Source: Lytechinus pictus
Lineage: Eukaryota
Assembly (NCBI RefSeq): GCF_037042905.1
Contig: NC_087245.1
Location: forward strand, 1,738,001 to 1,798,000
Direction of reading: 5' to 3'
DNA length: 60,000 bases
Under the pieces are notes generated by a model. It had not been told where the DNA came from, searched no databases, and saw only the letters and a list, made by a program, of their open reading frames with translations. Shown here in pieces: positions 1-11,646 of the stretch. Made by a program: the position numbers and the translations under genes. Positions within the stretch are counted from its first letter, which is position 1. Each line of letters begins with the position of its first letter.

Positions 1-1037
1 TAATTTAGGGTAGAAAGTTTACAATAATGATGATGAAAAAATGAAAAGTTTGATTATGATGATTATAGTGATGATTATAGTATGCCATCAATCAGTTTTT
101 TCCCTCGCAATTTGTGTATATTGTTATTAAATAAAAACATTCTTTCCAGGACTTTTGAACAGATGGGTGGAGGTTCAAAATGAAAAAGAACGAAATGTTT
201 ATGTATATGATATTTTTTAACACATGACATAAAAGGACCCCGACGAAAAACAACTTTTGTTGAGAGGGTGTTCCATCCCACCAGTGGTAATATGATCATA
301 TCTTTACAATTTTTTAATAAGTGAAACCTATTAATGGTTTCAGAAAGAATAATCATTCATTTCTCTCTAAAGCGTATCTTCGGATATGAACATCGGATGT
401 TTTTTTTTTCATGTTATTGTTGTTATTGTTATGGACTTGAATAACTAAACTTGATTGATTTTTTCTTATTTTGGCAAAAAGAAATCTCTTTTGAGTTTGG
501 AAAGGGATGACAGTTTTGCATTCTATATGAGCACACTCATGTGGTACGTAAATTTCATTTTAACACATATATTAGCTGATATTACACACTGATGGTTCAA
601 GAAAATGTTGGAGAAATATCATAACATGACAGTTGAGTTTTGATTGTTTTTATGTTTGTTTTTGTTTCATGCACTTATAAAGCATTTAAAACATGTTAAA
701 ATCCAGGGTTAAAATCGTCTAAGGAATGACGGTACGCCCGATGGCGCACGAGAAGCCACACAGTTTGTAATTTGTGCTAGTCTTAATTTGTCCGAATCTG
801 CATTTTATCATCATGCATTAAGAAGAAAAAAAGATATTGCCAGTCGGGTTAGATTTAAGAGAGAAGTTGTATACATCATGTTCAATAAACAGATCACTTT
901 GTACATGGTCCAGACAATTTTTGTCATTTTTTTCTTTCGTATGAGTTTAGAATAGGCTTACTTGTAACACAAATTGAATTTAAAAAAAAATTATATAAGT
1001 ACAGTACACTGCAACAATGAAAGAATTTCCAAGAACA

Positions 1038-2180
1038 CAGTGGCGTAACTACGGGGGGCATGGGGGCACGCCCCCCCCCCCCCCCCCATCGGCTGGCCAA
1101 AAAAAACGGGGAAGAGGAGAAAGGAAGAGAAACGTAGTGGAAATGAAGAAATTATTGTTCATTGTAATGTTACATTATAATAATATTACATTATAATACA
1201 TAAGAAACATTTTTTCATAACTTTATTTTGCTCAGGCCTAGATGTCTTCATTGTTCCCGGTACTCGCATTGTCTGTTTAACGTTTTTAAGTCAATATACA
1301 CCAAATATATTTCCTCGCACTTCAACTTATTATTGTTTTATGTAGTGACATATGGTTCTTTTTCATGACTACTTAAAGTGATTGCCCCATTTTAAGGTGT
1401 TAATATAAAACATTTCCTGTCCGTGCTTACGTTCGCACTAGTAGATTGGTGAGATATGTCTGCTCTTCATGAATTCCTAAAAATCAGTCCTTAAAATGTC
1501 CCTTTTTCTGATCTGAATATCAAAAATTTTCAGCTCGCGCTTCGCGCTCGCATCATTTGTTTAGTGAAATACGTATCGTATGGTCTTAGTGAATTCTTAC
1601 AAACAGGCCTTAGAATGCCTCTCTTCAGGTCTGAATATCCTAAATTCTCAGCTCGCGCTTCGCGCTTCGCGCTCGCAATATTTGATGAGTGAGATGCGTA
1701 TTATCATGATTACAATGACTACAAAAAGTGCTTAATGTGTTTAGATGTAGCAAAATCAGCAAGCGCTTTGCACTCGCATTAGATGACTATGGTGAGATAT
1801 GCATACTCTTAATGGATTCCTAAAATATAGTCCTTAACATGTCCTTGTTTGGGGTCAATATTTACAAAAATTTCAGCTCGCGCTTCGCGCTCGCATTGTT
1901 TGTTTAGCGAGACAGGTATGTATCATGATTATAAAAATTCGCTTATAATTGGTCTGCAAATTCGCTTATTTTGGTCTGCATATCAAAAATGTTCAGCTCG
2001 CGCTTCGCGCTCGCATTATTTGAGCAGTGAGATACATATCCGTTTAATGGCACTGTCCTTAAAATGTCCCTATTAGGTCAGTATACCTGGCAACTGAGCG
2101 CGCTTCGCGCGCTCACTAAGTGACTCAAAAATTTGCTGGTGCCCCCCCCCCCCAGTGCCGTGACTCACGGTACGCCACTG
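1038..2180. mobile_element. Non-autonomous hAT-like DNA transposon (MITE)
   Basis: TIR CAGTGGCGTA/TACGCCACTG; perfect 8-bp TSD CAAGAACA (1030-1037, 2181-2188); internal repeats of GCTCGCGCTTCGCGCTCGC. Confidence 0.9.
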
Positions 2181-3461
2181 CAAGAACACCATGCATATCA
2201 ACCACTCCCAAATGTCCTAACTTGTGATTTTAGTGGGGGTAATGTTGAAATATCCCCATCCACAAGAACATTTGTGTCAATCATCCCCCCAACCAAGAAT
2301 ACCGATCGACACCCATGGTAATGAGCCAAACATTTTGAGGGGGCTCGATATGGTGTATAATGTAAAATTGATAAGAAGCTGCGAGTAAGCGAAGCTAGCG
2401 GGCAATAAAATTGAAATTTTTATTACAAAAATCCAAGTTTGTAAAGTTTGTAATAGATATTTACATTACATTTAGAAAATAATATCATATTTCACCCTTA
2501 TCCCTTTCCTTTTCTTTTTTTTTCTTGGTCGTGAAAAATTGGGGGGGGGGGGCAAAACGCCCATGTCCTATAACAGTCATTTCTTATAAAACTCCATTAA
2601 TGTGTAATAATCTCATAAGCCCTATTTAAATAGTGCGAACGCGAAGCGCGAGTTAAATTTTTTGGAATTTAATTTATTTTGTCCTGAAAATTGAACATTC
2701 TGGACATTCTAGATAATTACTGCGAGCGCGAAGCGCGAGCAGAAAATTTTTAAAATGCGTTCTAGCCTGATCGAAAAGAGACTTGTTATAGGACGTTTTG
2801 CAATCAGTCATTAAAATGATACATAAATTATGCGAGCACTAAGCGCGAGCTGAAAATGTTTGACATTCCGACCTTAAAAATTGACATTCTAAGCATTTTC
2901 TTTGTACTCATTAACGGTGCAGGTATATGAACCAAACAATTGATGCGAGCGGAAAAAATGAGATTATATCTGACCTAAAAACGGGACACTCTATTTTTGT
3001 TATGTAAATCATGAAAAAGGATGGGTAATTTGGTATCGAGCGCAAATCGCGAGCAGACAATTTTTGATATTCTGATCGGAAACTGGATAATTTTAGCACG
3101 TTTTGAAGAAAGACCAAGTTGCGTATCTCAATAAAAATGTGTGCGCGTGTTTTTTCGTATGGGAAATGTGGGAGGCAATAGAAGGATCACAGCCTGGATT
3201 TATCCCCCGCCCCCCCCCCCCCCCACCATGAACACCAATTACAGGGGCGGATCCAGCCTTCGCCAATAGGGGGGACGGAAATTTTTTCAGCCATATTTAA
3301 TTCCCCGATCAGCCGCTCGAAGTTGATTTTTCATGTTTGTTTCTGAAGGGGTAGTCCTAATAGTCACTTCTTAGCTTTATTATTATAAAGCAACATGAAT
3401 ATTCCTTATTTAAATAGTGCGAGTGCGAAGCGCGAGCTATTTTATTTTTTAAAATTCTATT

Positions 3462-3628
3462 TATCCATGCATTGTGCTGCACCCGACCTAGGTGAGATGA
3501 ATGGGTACCCGGTAGGATTTATTCATTAACGCTTAATTAGCCATATGGCGGCTCAGCTACAGCCAGGGTAATTATGATACCAACTAAAGCGCAGTTGAGT
3601 ATATGCACATAATAACTGCGCTGTAAAT
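3462..3628 (+). mobile_element. 5'-truncated SINE fragment
   Basis: GACCTAGGTGAGATGAATGGGTACCCGG core resembles the SINE at 57240; AAAGCGC...GCGCTGTAAAT tail. Confidence 0.5.
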
Positions 3629-3777
3629 CGACATTTTTCTTGTCCTAAAATTTGAACATTCGATCTGGTCAATATTTGTGATCCTGAATAAGCTGTGTAT
3701 GCAAATAAATAATTACTGCGAGCGTAAATCGCGAGCAGAAATTTTCAATATACGTTTTGAACTGTTCGAAAAGATAC

Positions 3778-4366
3778 TCCGGGGGGCCACTTACATTGGC
3801 GAGTGGATACCATGCGCGACCAAAAAAACACGTAAAAAGGATGTCTTTTTCATGATAGGGCACGTTACGTACGTAACGTACTAGGGTGTCAAAAACACTA
3901 AAATAATGAAAAAAGGGTATATCCATTTTCGCTAGGAAAGCTACGTACGTGTTTAGGGTCAAATTTGCGAGGGTATACAAAATTAAGACTAAAATGTTTT
4001 ATAAAGGATATACTTTTTGCCCCAATTAAGAGTCAACATTACGTGTTAAGAGTACGATTTGCGCGAGGGGTGGGATGTGGGGCTATACGGGCTATACTAA
4101 ACCCAATGATAGGTAAAACCGACGACCGACGTCCGTGACATAACAATTGAAATATCGCTGTACTTGTTTAGAGGTTCAATTCAGGGAATAGGCCCTACTT
4201 GCCAATAGTATCGTTTAAGCATGTTAAGGGTATGGTTTCACACGCCAATACTAGTTAAGGGGTGCATTTTCAGAATATGGAAAATACGTGTTTAGGGTGC
4301 TTTTCGAGACCCCATGGTCTCGCATGGTATCCACTCGTCAATGGAAGTGCCCCCCCCCCCCCCGGG
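3778..4366. mobile_element. MITE with ~45-bp TIRs and CCGGG-type termini
   Basis: CCGGGGGGCCACTTACATTGGCGAGTGGATACCATGCGCGACC is inverted at 4316-4366. Confidence 0.8.
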
Positions 4367-4387
4367 TCCAGGCTAAAGATATTTATA

Positions 4388-4903
4388 TAATAAATAGAGT
4401 AAAATTCACGAAGCAAAATGCTAAAAGAATCATCAAAATTGGATGATAACAAATAACGAAGTTATTGAATTTTAAAGATTTGCATTATTCCGGTAAAACA
4501 GCTAGGTCTATATGTCTTCATGAATATTCATTGGTGGGATGATGATGTCATACCCCCAATTATTATATGAAATAAGGTTTATTAAAAACATTTCTACCAA
4601 GAATTAAACAATTAGATTGACAACTGATTAAGTGCATTATATATTTCTTGCTGCAACTTATTTCATCATAATGGAGACACATCATTTACACATTCATGAA
4701 AAATAAAATGATTTCATGTAATAACATAAGAAATAGGAAAGTGGGGATGTGACATCATCAGCCCACCTAATATTCATGAAGACATGCCTAGAACTGTTTC
4801 ACCCGAAAAATGCAAATCTTTAAATTTCAATAACTCTGTTATTTGTTATCCTATTTTGATGAAATTTTCAGTATTTTGCACTGTGAATTTTACTCTATTT
4901 ATT
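4388..4903. mobile_element. Palindromic MITE remnant
   Basis: ~160-bp arms (4388-4550, 4750-4903) are reverse complements; related fragment at 21780-21872 ends GACCTTTAA. Confidence 0.65.
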
Positions 4904-5334
4904 GAGTCAGCCATGAAAACGTTACATTATTTTTTTTTGTGGTAACTTCCGTAGGAACTCGGCAGGACAGCATTTTTGCTGGTAAACGCCAAGCTGGCAA
5001 CAATTAAATAAATGCGCGAGCGCGAAGCGCAAGCTGATTTTTTTTAAACTTTTCTATATACCTAAAGAATGGAAACTCTAAGCACTTTTGTAATCGTTAA
5101 CAGGAAAGGTATATATATAACTAAACTATTATTGATGCGAGCGCGAAGCGCGAGCGGAAAAAATCGAGATTTAGACCTAACTTCGGGACAGTACTCTATG
5201 TTTTGTAAATCCGCGAGCGGAAAGCGCGAGCAGAAAGTTTTTTGTATTCTAATGGCTGAAAATGGATGATGTTTTAAATATAGAATAAGCTGCGTATCTG
5301 ATAAACATGCGCGCGCGTGTTTCAGATTTAGACC

Positions 5335-5643
5335 TGGGAAGTGTTTCATCAACATTTTCATCCGACAAGTTGTCAGATCTGGGGCCCGTTGCAGAAAGAG
5401 TTGCAATCAATTGCAACTCTAAAAATCATGCGCAACTTGATTTTCAACCAATCTACAGTGCACATTTGGGACTTGCGATTGATTTTTTGACTTGCGTTCA
5501 AACGCAACTCTTTCTGCAACGGACCCTGACATCTTTCTCTGATGTTGATTGGCTGAGAGGTACTGTTACTATGGTAACTGTCGGATAAAGTGGGACTTGT
5601 CGGATAAAACTTCCGACAATTCCTTTCATGAAACGCTCCCCTG
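5335..5643. mobile_element. Harbinger-like MITE containing a second MITE (5382-5525)
   Basis: Inner TIR GGGCCCGTTGCAGAAAGAGTTGC / GCAACTCTTTCTGCAACGGACC with CTG duplication; outer ends GGAAGTGTTTCAT / ATGAAACGCTCCC; related copy ~24432-24598. Confidence 0.7.
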
Positions 5644-7430
5644 ATCAGTAGAATCTGGGCATTCTATTTAAATGTCATGTTAGTGAAAATTATAAAGCGA
5701 GCGCGAGCTTAAACTACTTGATATTCCAATCTGAAAAAGGGTCGATTTAAGCTCTATATTTTAAGCACTTTTAAGGAAGATTGTAAGGTGGATATGGATC
5801 GCACTTAATAAATAGCTGATATTTTTCATTATTATTTCTTTGAGTTTTGACATAGGACTGGGACATTCTAAGAACATTATATGTCATCATATGAAAATGA
5901 TGACTATATCTTCCTATTCCTCTTCCTAAGGGCGAGATGCTAGGAAACTTGTCGACATTCTATTCTGAAAAAAGGGACAATTATTATTAATATCTTATTT
6001 ATCAATCTAATATATAAGCCTAATCGAGCGCGAAATCTGTTAATATATATGGCCTGAAATCTGGACACTCCAAGTACTTTCGTAATTATGAATAGGATGC
6101 ATTAGTTAATATATTTTTAACAATAAATGCGAGCGCAAATCGCGAGCCGAAATTTTTGATGTCATGAAATCATGAAATCAAAATGCGAGTGTACAGTGTA
6201 AGCTGATACGTTTTGACAATCAGACCTGAATGATAGGGATATTTTGAGAACTTTATGGAATACCCGGATGGAATACACGAAAATAATTGGTACCTGACAA
6301 ATCAAATTTTGCGAGCGAGCTGCGCGAGCAGAAAATATTGATCAGAACATAAAACCGGCCATTTATTACTAAACGAGCACTTTTTAAAAATCAATATGTA
6401 AATCAAACAAAATAATTAAAGTTCGATTTCCGAGCTAAAATATATAGTATATCAATCTCCAAACTTGATATTTTAAGCTCCATGTTAGTTGAGCAAGATA
6501 TCACCTAACAGGCAATGGGAGCGCGAAGCGCGAGCGAAAATACGTGAAAGATTGTTTTTATTTTCCAAGTCCTCATCTTTTTTTATTCACTCGTCTTCCT
6601 CCTCTTCTTTTTTCCTCTTCGCTTTTCCCTCCTTTTTTTCTTCTTTTTTTTGCTCCGCGAATATAGGGGGGCGGGGCCCCCTGGATCTGCCTATATACAT
6701 AACTCACTGACCAAAATGCGAGTGCACAGCGCAAGCTCATAAACAAACGTTTTGACAATCAGACACCATAAAACGAACATGTACAGAGCACTTTAAAAAA
6801 CTGATCACTTTGTAAATCAAACTGAATGAAATCTCGATGTCGATCCGAGCTGAAATTAAGCTCCGTATAAATTGTGCAAGATGTTTCTCATCATTACGAA
6901 ACTTTGTGTTTAAAAATGGATCTCCTCTGACACCCCAATTTCAAATTCCAAGCTACTTTCACTCGCCCCCCCCCCCCATTCCAATATCAACAAGGAATGG
7001 TTATCCTTAAGTAAACAACCACGCACTCTCCCAGCTAATCCACCTTCCCCCAAGGAGAAGTGACCATCATAAGGCCTGGCAGAGAGAGAGAGAGATAGCA
7101 AGAGGGGGAGAGAGAGGGAGTTAACTGGGGGTAATTTTTTAAAAACTTATTGTTATTTCGGCAATTGTGGGTCATTTTGCATCGTTCAAAATTTCAGTTC
7201 GATCTCCATCTAAATTTTGAATCGTTTTTAGACATGCTAATGTCCTAAAACAGATAGAATACAAATATATTCTTTCAAGATTACTGTCAGCCAGGAAGCT
7301 CTGAAGAGTTTGTTTATACTATTACGTAACAAGGACAGCTGCAATCCCACTCCATGCCGTTCATCAGCCTGATGTGGTGGCATGCACAGTGTTTTATCAG
7401 CTCTTATCAGCAGCTGCAGTCACTAAATCG

Positions 7431-7647
7431 ACCCCACCCCAGTTTAAACGAGAGAAATGAAACTTTCCCAAAAACTGAAAGTGGGGTGTCAATACCCCAC
7501 TTAAGCTCCCATTGACTAACACGCAAGACGTTATCAGCAGTCAGATGAACCCCACCCCAGTTTAAACGAGAGAAATGAAGCTCTCCCAAAATCTGAAATT
7601 GGGGTTTCAAATACCCCACCTGAGCTCCCATTGACACAACACGCAAG
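7431..7647. repeat. Tandem duplication, 2 x ~118 bp
   Basis: ACCCCACCCCAGTTTAAACGAGAGAAATGAA...GCTCCCATTGAC...ACACGCAAG occurs twice. Confidence 0.85.
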
Positions 7648-9504
7648 GCAATGGAGTTCCTGTGTTATAAGCTGGTGGGGTATTTTTTAAACACAGGATT
7701 CGCGTAATGATACAACAGGCCTGCAACAGGCAATGCGAGCGCGAAGCACGAGCGAAAATTTTTTATAGTGACATGAATTTTTTTTTTCCAAGTCTTCCCC
7801 GGGGTCTTCCCCTGATGAATATTCATTCCTCTTAATTCTTCTTTTTCTCTTCTTTTTTCCCCCCATTTTTTCCTCCTCTCTTTCCCCTTCTTTTTCTTTT
7901 TTTCTTTCTTTCCCCCTTTTTTTCTTTTTTTTGCTCCGCCAATAGGGGGGGGGGGCGGGCCCCTCAGCCCCCCTCCCTGGATCCGCCTATGAATTAATGG
8001 ATCGACACCATATACTAGTTTTTCTATGATCGACACCCATGGTATAGGGGTATAGCTTATAGCGGTTACCCGAACGTCAAATCCCTAGTCAATGGGAGGC
8101 CGCGGTTGGAAGGTATGCCTGCATGAAAAAAAGGTGAATATTTCATTTTTGTGTTGCCAATTTTTCAATTTTTGTCGAATGCAGAATTAATGTTTACATA
8201 ATTTTATTTTGTGGTAATCATCAACAAGAAAAATATTTAAAGGAGAGTTTTATTGATGATATGCTGAATTTGTAAAATTAATTAGGTAAACTACTTTAAT
8301 TTGATAACGGTTTTAAATTTCAAAATTGGCACTAGCTTTTGCCCTTTAATTCTTGTACGCATACAGTCACATGCGTAGCTCTTTTCCTCATACCTAGCGA
8401 AAGAAAGTGGTGTGAAAACCGTGTTTTTACGGTTATTTTCTTTAGTGTTTGCCAATGTTTTTGTAATTATAAGCCCTCTCCAATTCAGAGGACAGATTTG
8501 CAGATACCCTGGTTACAGGTTTTGTCAGCCTTGTATAAACGTGAGTAATTCAAAAGGCAGAATAAAAACGGAGTGGCGAGTGAGTCTGAGTGAAATGAGC
8601 ACTGCACTGGCCACTGCAACTTGCAACTGCAAGTGCAAATTAAATGCATGCATATAAAGTCAGTACCGTACGGTATGTACATGTCATAACTTGCTCACTG
8701 TTGCTGGCTAGTCTGCTGGGCAAACCCTTCGCTCGAGTTAAGGGTCTGAATGTGCAGCCTACTCATGCCTTGTGTACTGAAGGCTCTCTCGCTCAGTTTT
8801 TCATTCAAACATGCAAGCACACACACGCACACCCCACACACACCTTCACACAACAAACATCAACCACTCTGCACAACCACTACCGTAATACTTGGTGCAA
8901 GCTGAAAGAGGGGGGAAAAACTCTTTTTGAAGATACCATAGAAAAACTCGCTCTTCTTGCACTTCACTAGGTGGTACGTATACTGTACGCGTACCACCGA
9001 CTGCTTACGTGCAGCGCTGAGCTTCAAGCGTCCGAGTGATTCCGAAATAGGTGTAAAACTTTGTAAAAAAAAAGTGTCAAAACGGCAAATATTCAACTTC
9101 TACTGGACTTTGGAGGCTCAGATGCAAGTATTTTAGGTTGTGAATTATTTAGGGTGAGATTGTACATGTTTGAAAACCATTAAACGGGGAGGTGCGAAAC
9201 TACACTAGCGCCGGACTTTTTTTAGGAGAGTAAATTATTCAGCATGCCAGGCATTAGCCATTATCCTGGTTAAGACTTAAGTCACCACTCCATTCACTGC
9301 TGTTCATTTCGTCAGCGGCGGTGACTTTTGATAACTTAAGTTTCATGATCTTTGTACACAACGAGTGCACACACACGAGAAGAGAGGTGACTTATTTCAG
9401 GATAAGGCCAATTATTTGCACCTATAACTTATAAGGCGGAAACGGGGGGCTAGGCTTCAGCCGGCCCCCCCCCCCCACTTTTTTCCAAAACCGTGTACAA
9501 AAAC

Positions 9505-9930
9505 GTCTCCAATGTGGGAGATTATCTCCAATATCAGAGACTTTTGTAAAGAATTTGGGTATTATCCAATTTCAGAGACAGTCTCTAGAGTCTAGTTTTG
9601 GAGACCAATTTTCTTTGTTTACATTTGCTGCAAAAGGATTACCTTGGCGGCAAATAAAAATGTGATAAGGAGATTCCTCATGAAAAATTACCCCTTTTCA
9701 CCGTCTACTTTAAAAATTCACCGTCTACTTTTGTTTTGATAAGGATTTTTGTTGTCAATCACACACAAAACAAATGGGCTTCTGACCTCAGTGAGACAAA
9801 ATTTTGGGTGGAAAAAATCATGCTTTTGTTGGTGTTGTTTCTTTTGTCCTTTTGCAAAGCAAGTCTCCAATGTGGGAGATTGTCTCCCCTATTGGAGAGA
9901 GTCTCCCATATTGGCCGTGCGCCTCTACTG
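9505..9930. mobile_element. Truncated copy (right half) of the 32557-33366 element
   Basis: Near-identical to 32970-33366, ends GGCCGTGCGCCTCTACTG; interrupts another small TIR element (~9431-10006). Confidence 0.85.
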
Positions 9931-10202
9931 AAAAATGACCATATGATTAATTGTGATTTTTTGCATGGTCAGCCCCACCACTTTGAAAACCCTTCCGCGG
10001 CCCCTGTATGTAGTGTAAGGTGACCACTAACTTCTCCAAACTTGGCCAAGCATCATGAAGCATACGCCGTAGGCGTAGGGCTGCACTGTGTAATATTGGG
10101 CAGAGGCATGAGAGGATACTCTCCAAAAAGGGGTAGAATGGGATCACCATAGCACCTTGAACCTTGAAGAGTAATCCCTTTCAGCAGCTTCAAAGCTATC
10201 CC

Positions 10203-10499
10203 GGGAAAAAATAAATTATGCACTTACCTCGATTATAATATGGATGAAGATCTATCGTGACACAGAATCCTCTGACATCGAGGCACAAACTGGACCCTCA
10301 AAAAAAGGAAAAGTTCTGTCTCGTTCGTTCTCCTTTCAAAATTAAAAACAAAATGGCCGATCGTTACTGAGAACGAGCGCGACATGGAGGTCTAACTTTT
10401 CCTTTTTGAGGGTCCAGTTTGTGCCTTGATGTCGGGGATTCTGTGTCACGATAGACCTTCATCCACATAATCGAGGTAAGTGCATAAGTTATTTTTCCC
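10203..10499. repeat. Long inverted repeat (palindromic MITE), arms ~110 bp
   Basis: TTATGCACTTACCTCGATTAT...GGAAAAGTT versus AACTTTTCC...ATAATCGAGGTAAGTGCATAA. Confidence 0.85.
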
Positions 10500-10515
10500 C
10501 CTTTATTTGGAGTGC

Positions 10516-10742
10516 TTTTACCTTTACCCGAGATTCTGGAAGAATGCTGATGACCCCAGCAGTCGTGCTTCCAGTTCAAGTCCTTCATCCTTCTCGCTAG
10601 TTAGGTATCTTCATAGCAGTCTAGCTTGGAAATCTACACCGTCCCCGACATTAGTATGGTTTATACATCATAGGGTGAGCAGTACCGCTGGTCTGCCCAA
10701 ACCTTGTCTAGCCTTATTTTGAAACTGTTCACTTGACCCCAT
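10516..10742 (-). mobile_element. CR1-like LINE 3' end fragment
   Basis: Minus strand encodes VNSFKIRLDKVW (CR1 ORF2 C-terminal motif), then a 3'UTR ending in GGTAAA repeats. Confidence 0.6.
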
Positions 10743-11373
10743 TTTGGAGAGTACCCATGTCTGCCTAGTATTACACGGACGAGTCCCGGGCTCCAGCCTG
10801 CAAAGTGGGCCGGACCTCCCTGGGTTAACGCCGTATCTGTAATGTATATTGCCCTGCTTAGTCTTAACTTATTCTTAATCTTAGTTCGAACCAGGGAATC
10901 TTTTTTGGGGGGGGCTAGCCAGGAGGCTCCTAGAGAGTAAAAATCATTTACTAACGTATGCTTACCCTCCACGGAGCCAGGGATTCCATCCCATTCATCT
11001 GCGTGTACCGCCAAAAAACATGAAACTTTCGCCCCCGAGATTTCTACTTCTAAAAGATCTAGAACCTCTAGCCCTAATTGGGATACTACTTCATTTCTAC
11101 CCTATTGATTTCATTTTTTAACAAGAATTCATTAAAAAAATGAGAAAAATATGAAAAGACGGGGGAGAGGGAGACTTGCCTGATGTTTACGCCACCATCT
11201 TGTTTCTCATTGTTCTTCGCCAATGTTATGGACGCGTGCTCATTACATGTACACAGTCATATAAATAATTTATGGTAAGCATGACACATCTATAAATTTG
11301 TTCATTCAATTAACTATTATTAATTCATAATTTTATTTATGCATCTAGTTGAAACGCCACAAAGCTTGCAACC

Positions 11374-11646
11374 ATGTCGACCAAGATGTCTCACTCTGCA
11401 AACCAGTCAGCTGCTCAAGCTGCTGCTACTTCCCCATCGTCAGAGGCACATCCTACCGGCCGGCCAGCGGGAATCCTTCCCATGCCAGCCCAGATGCTGT
11501 CGTCCTCCAGTGATGGTGGTAGTGGTACAAGCAGTGGCCTTACTGATGCTTCTGCAAGTCCCAAAGTAACACAGCAAGACTCTGGCCATGTCAGTGTGCC
11601 TACCACTGGTGGTGGAGACAATGCTGCACAGGGGCCTGTGCAAAAT
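11374..11646 (+). CDS. stau: staufen coding exon 1 (S/A/G/T-rich N-terminal extension)
   Basis: Acceptor ctag at 11348, in-frame TGA at 11350 upstream of accATG at 11374, phase-0 donor GTAAGT at 11647 fits the next exon. Confidence 0.8.

Larger units (their letters stand above)
3242..6695. mobile_element. Long non-autonomous hAT-like element with nested insertions
   Basis: Ends CAGGGGCGGATCCAG / CTGGATCTGCCTAT; internal GCGAGCGCGAAGCGCGAGC repeats. Right end recurs at ~7725-7991, related internal sequence at ~2570-3150. No TSD seen. Confidence 0.55.

Noticed and set aside
8560..9160. staufen promoter / first non-coding exon
   Set aside because: Likely in this area given the acceptor at 11348, but several candidate donors exist and none can be singled out
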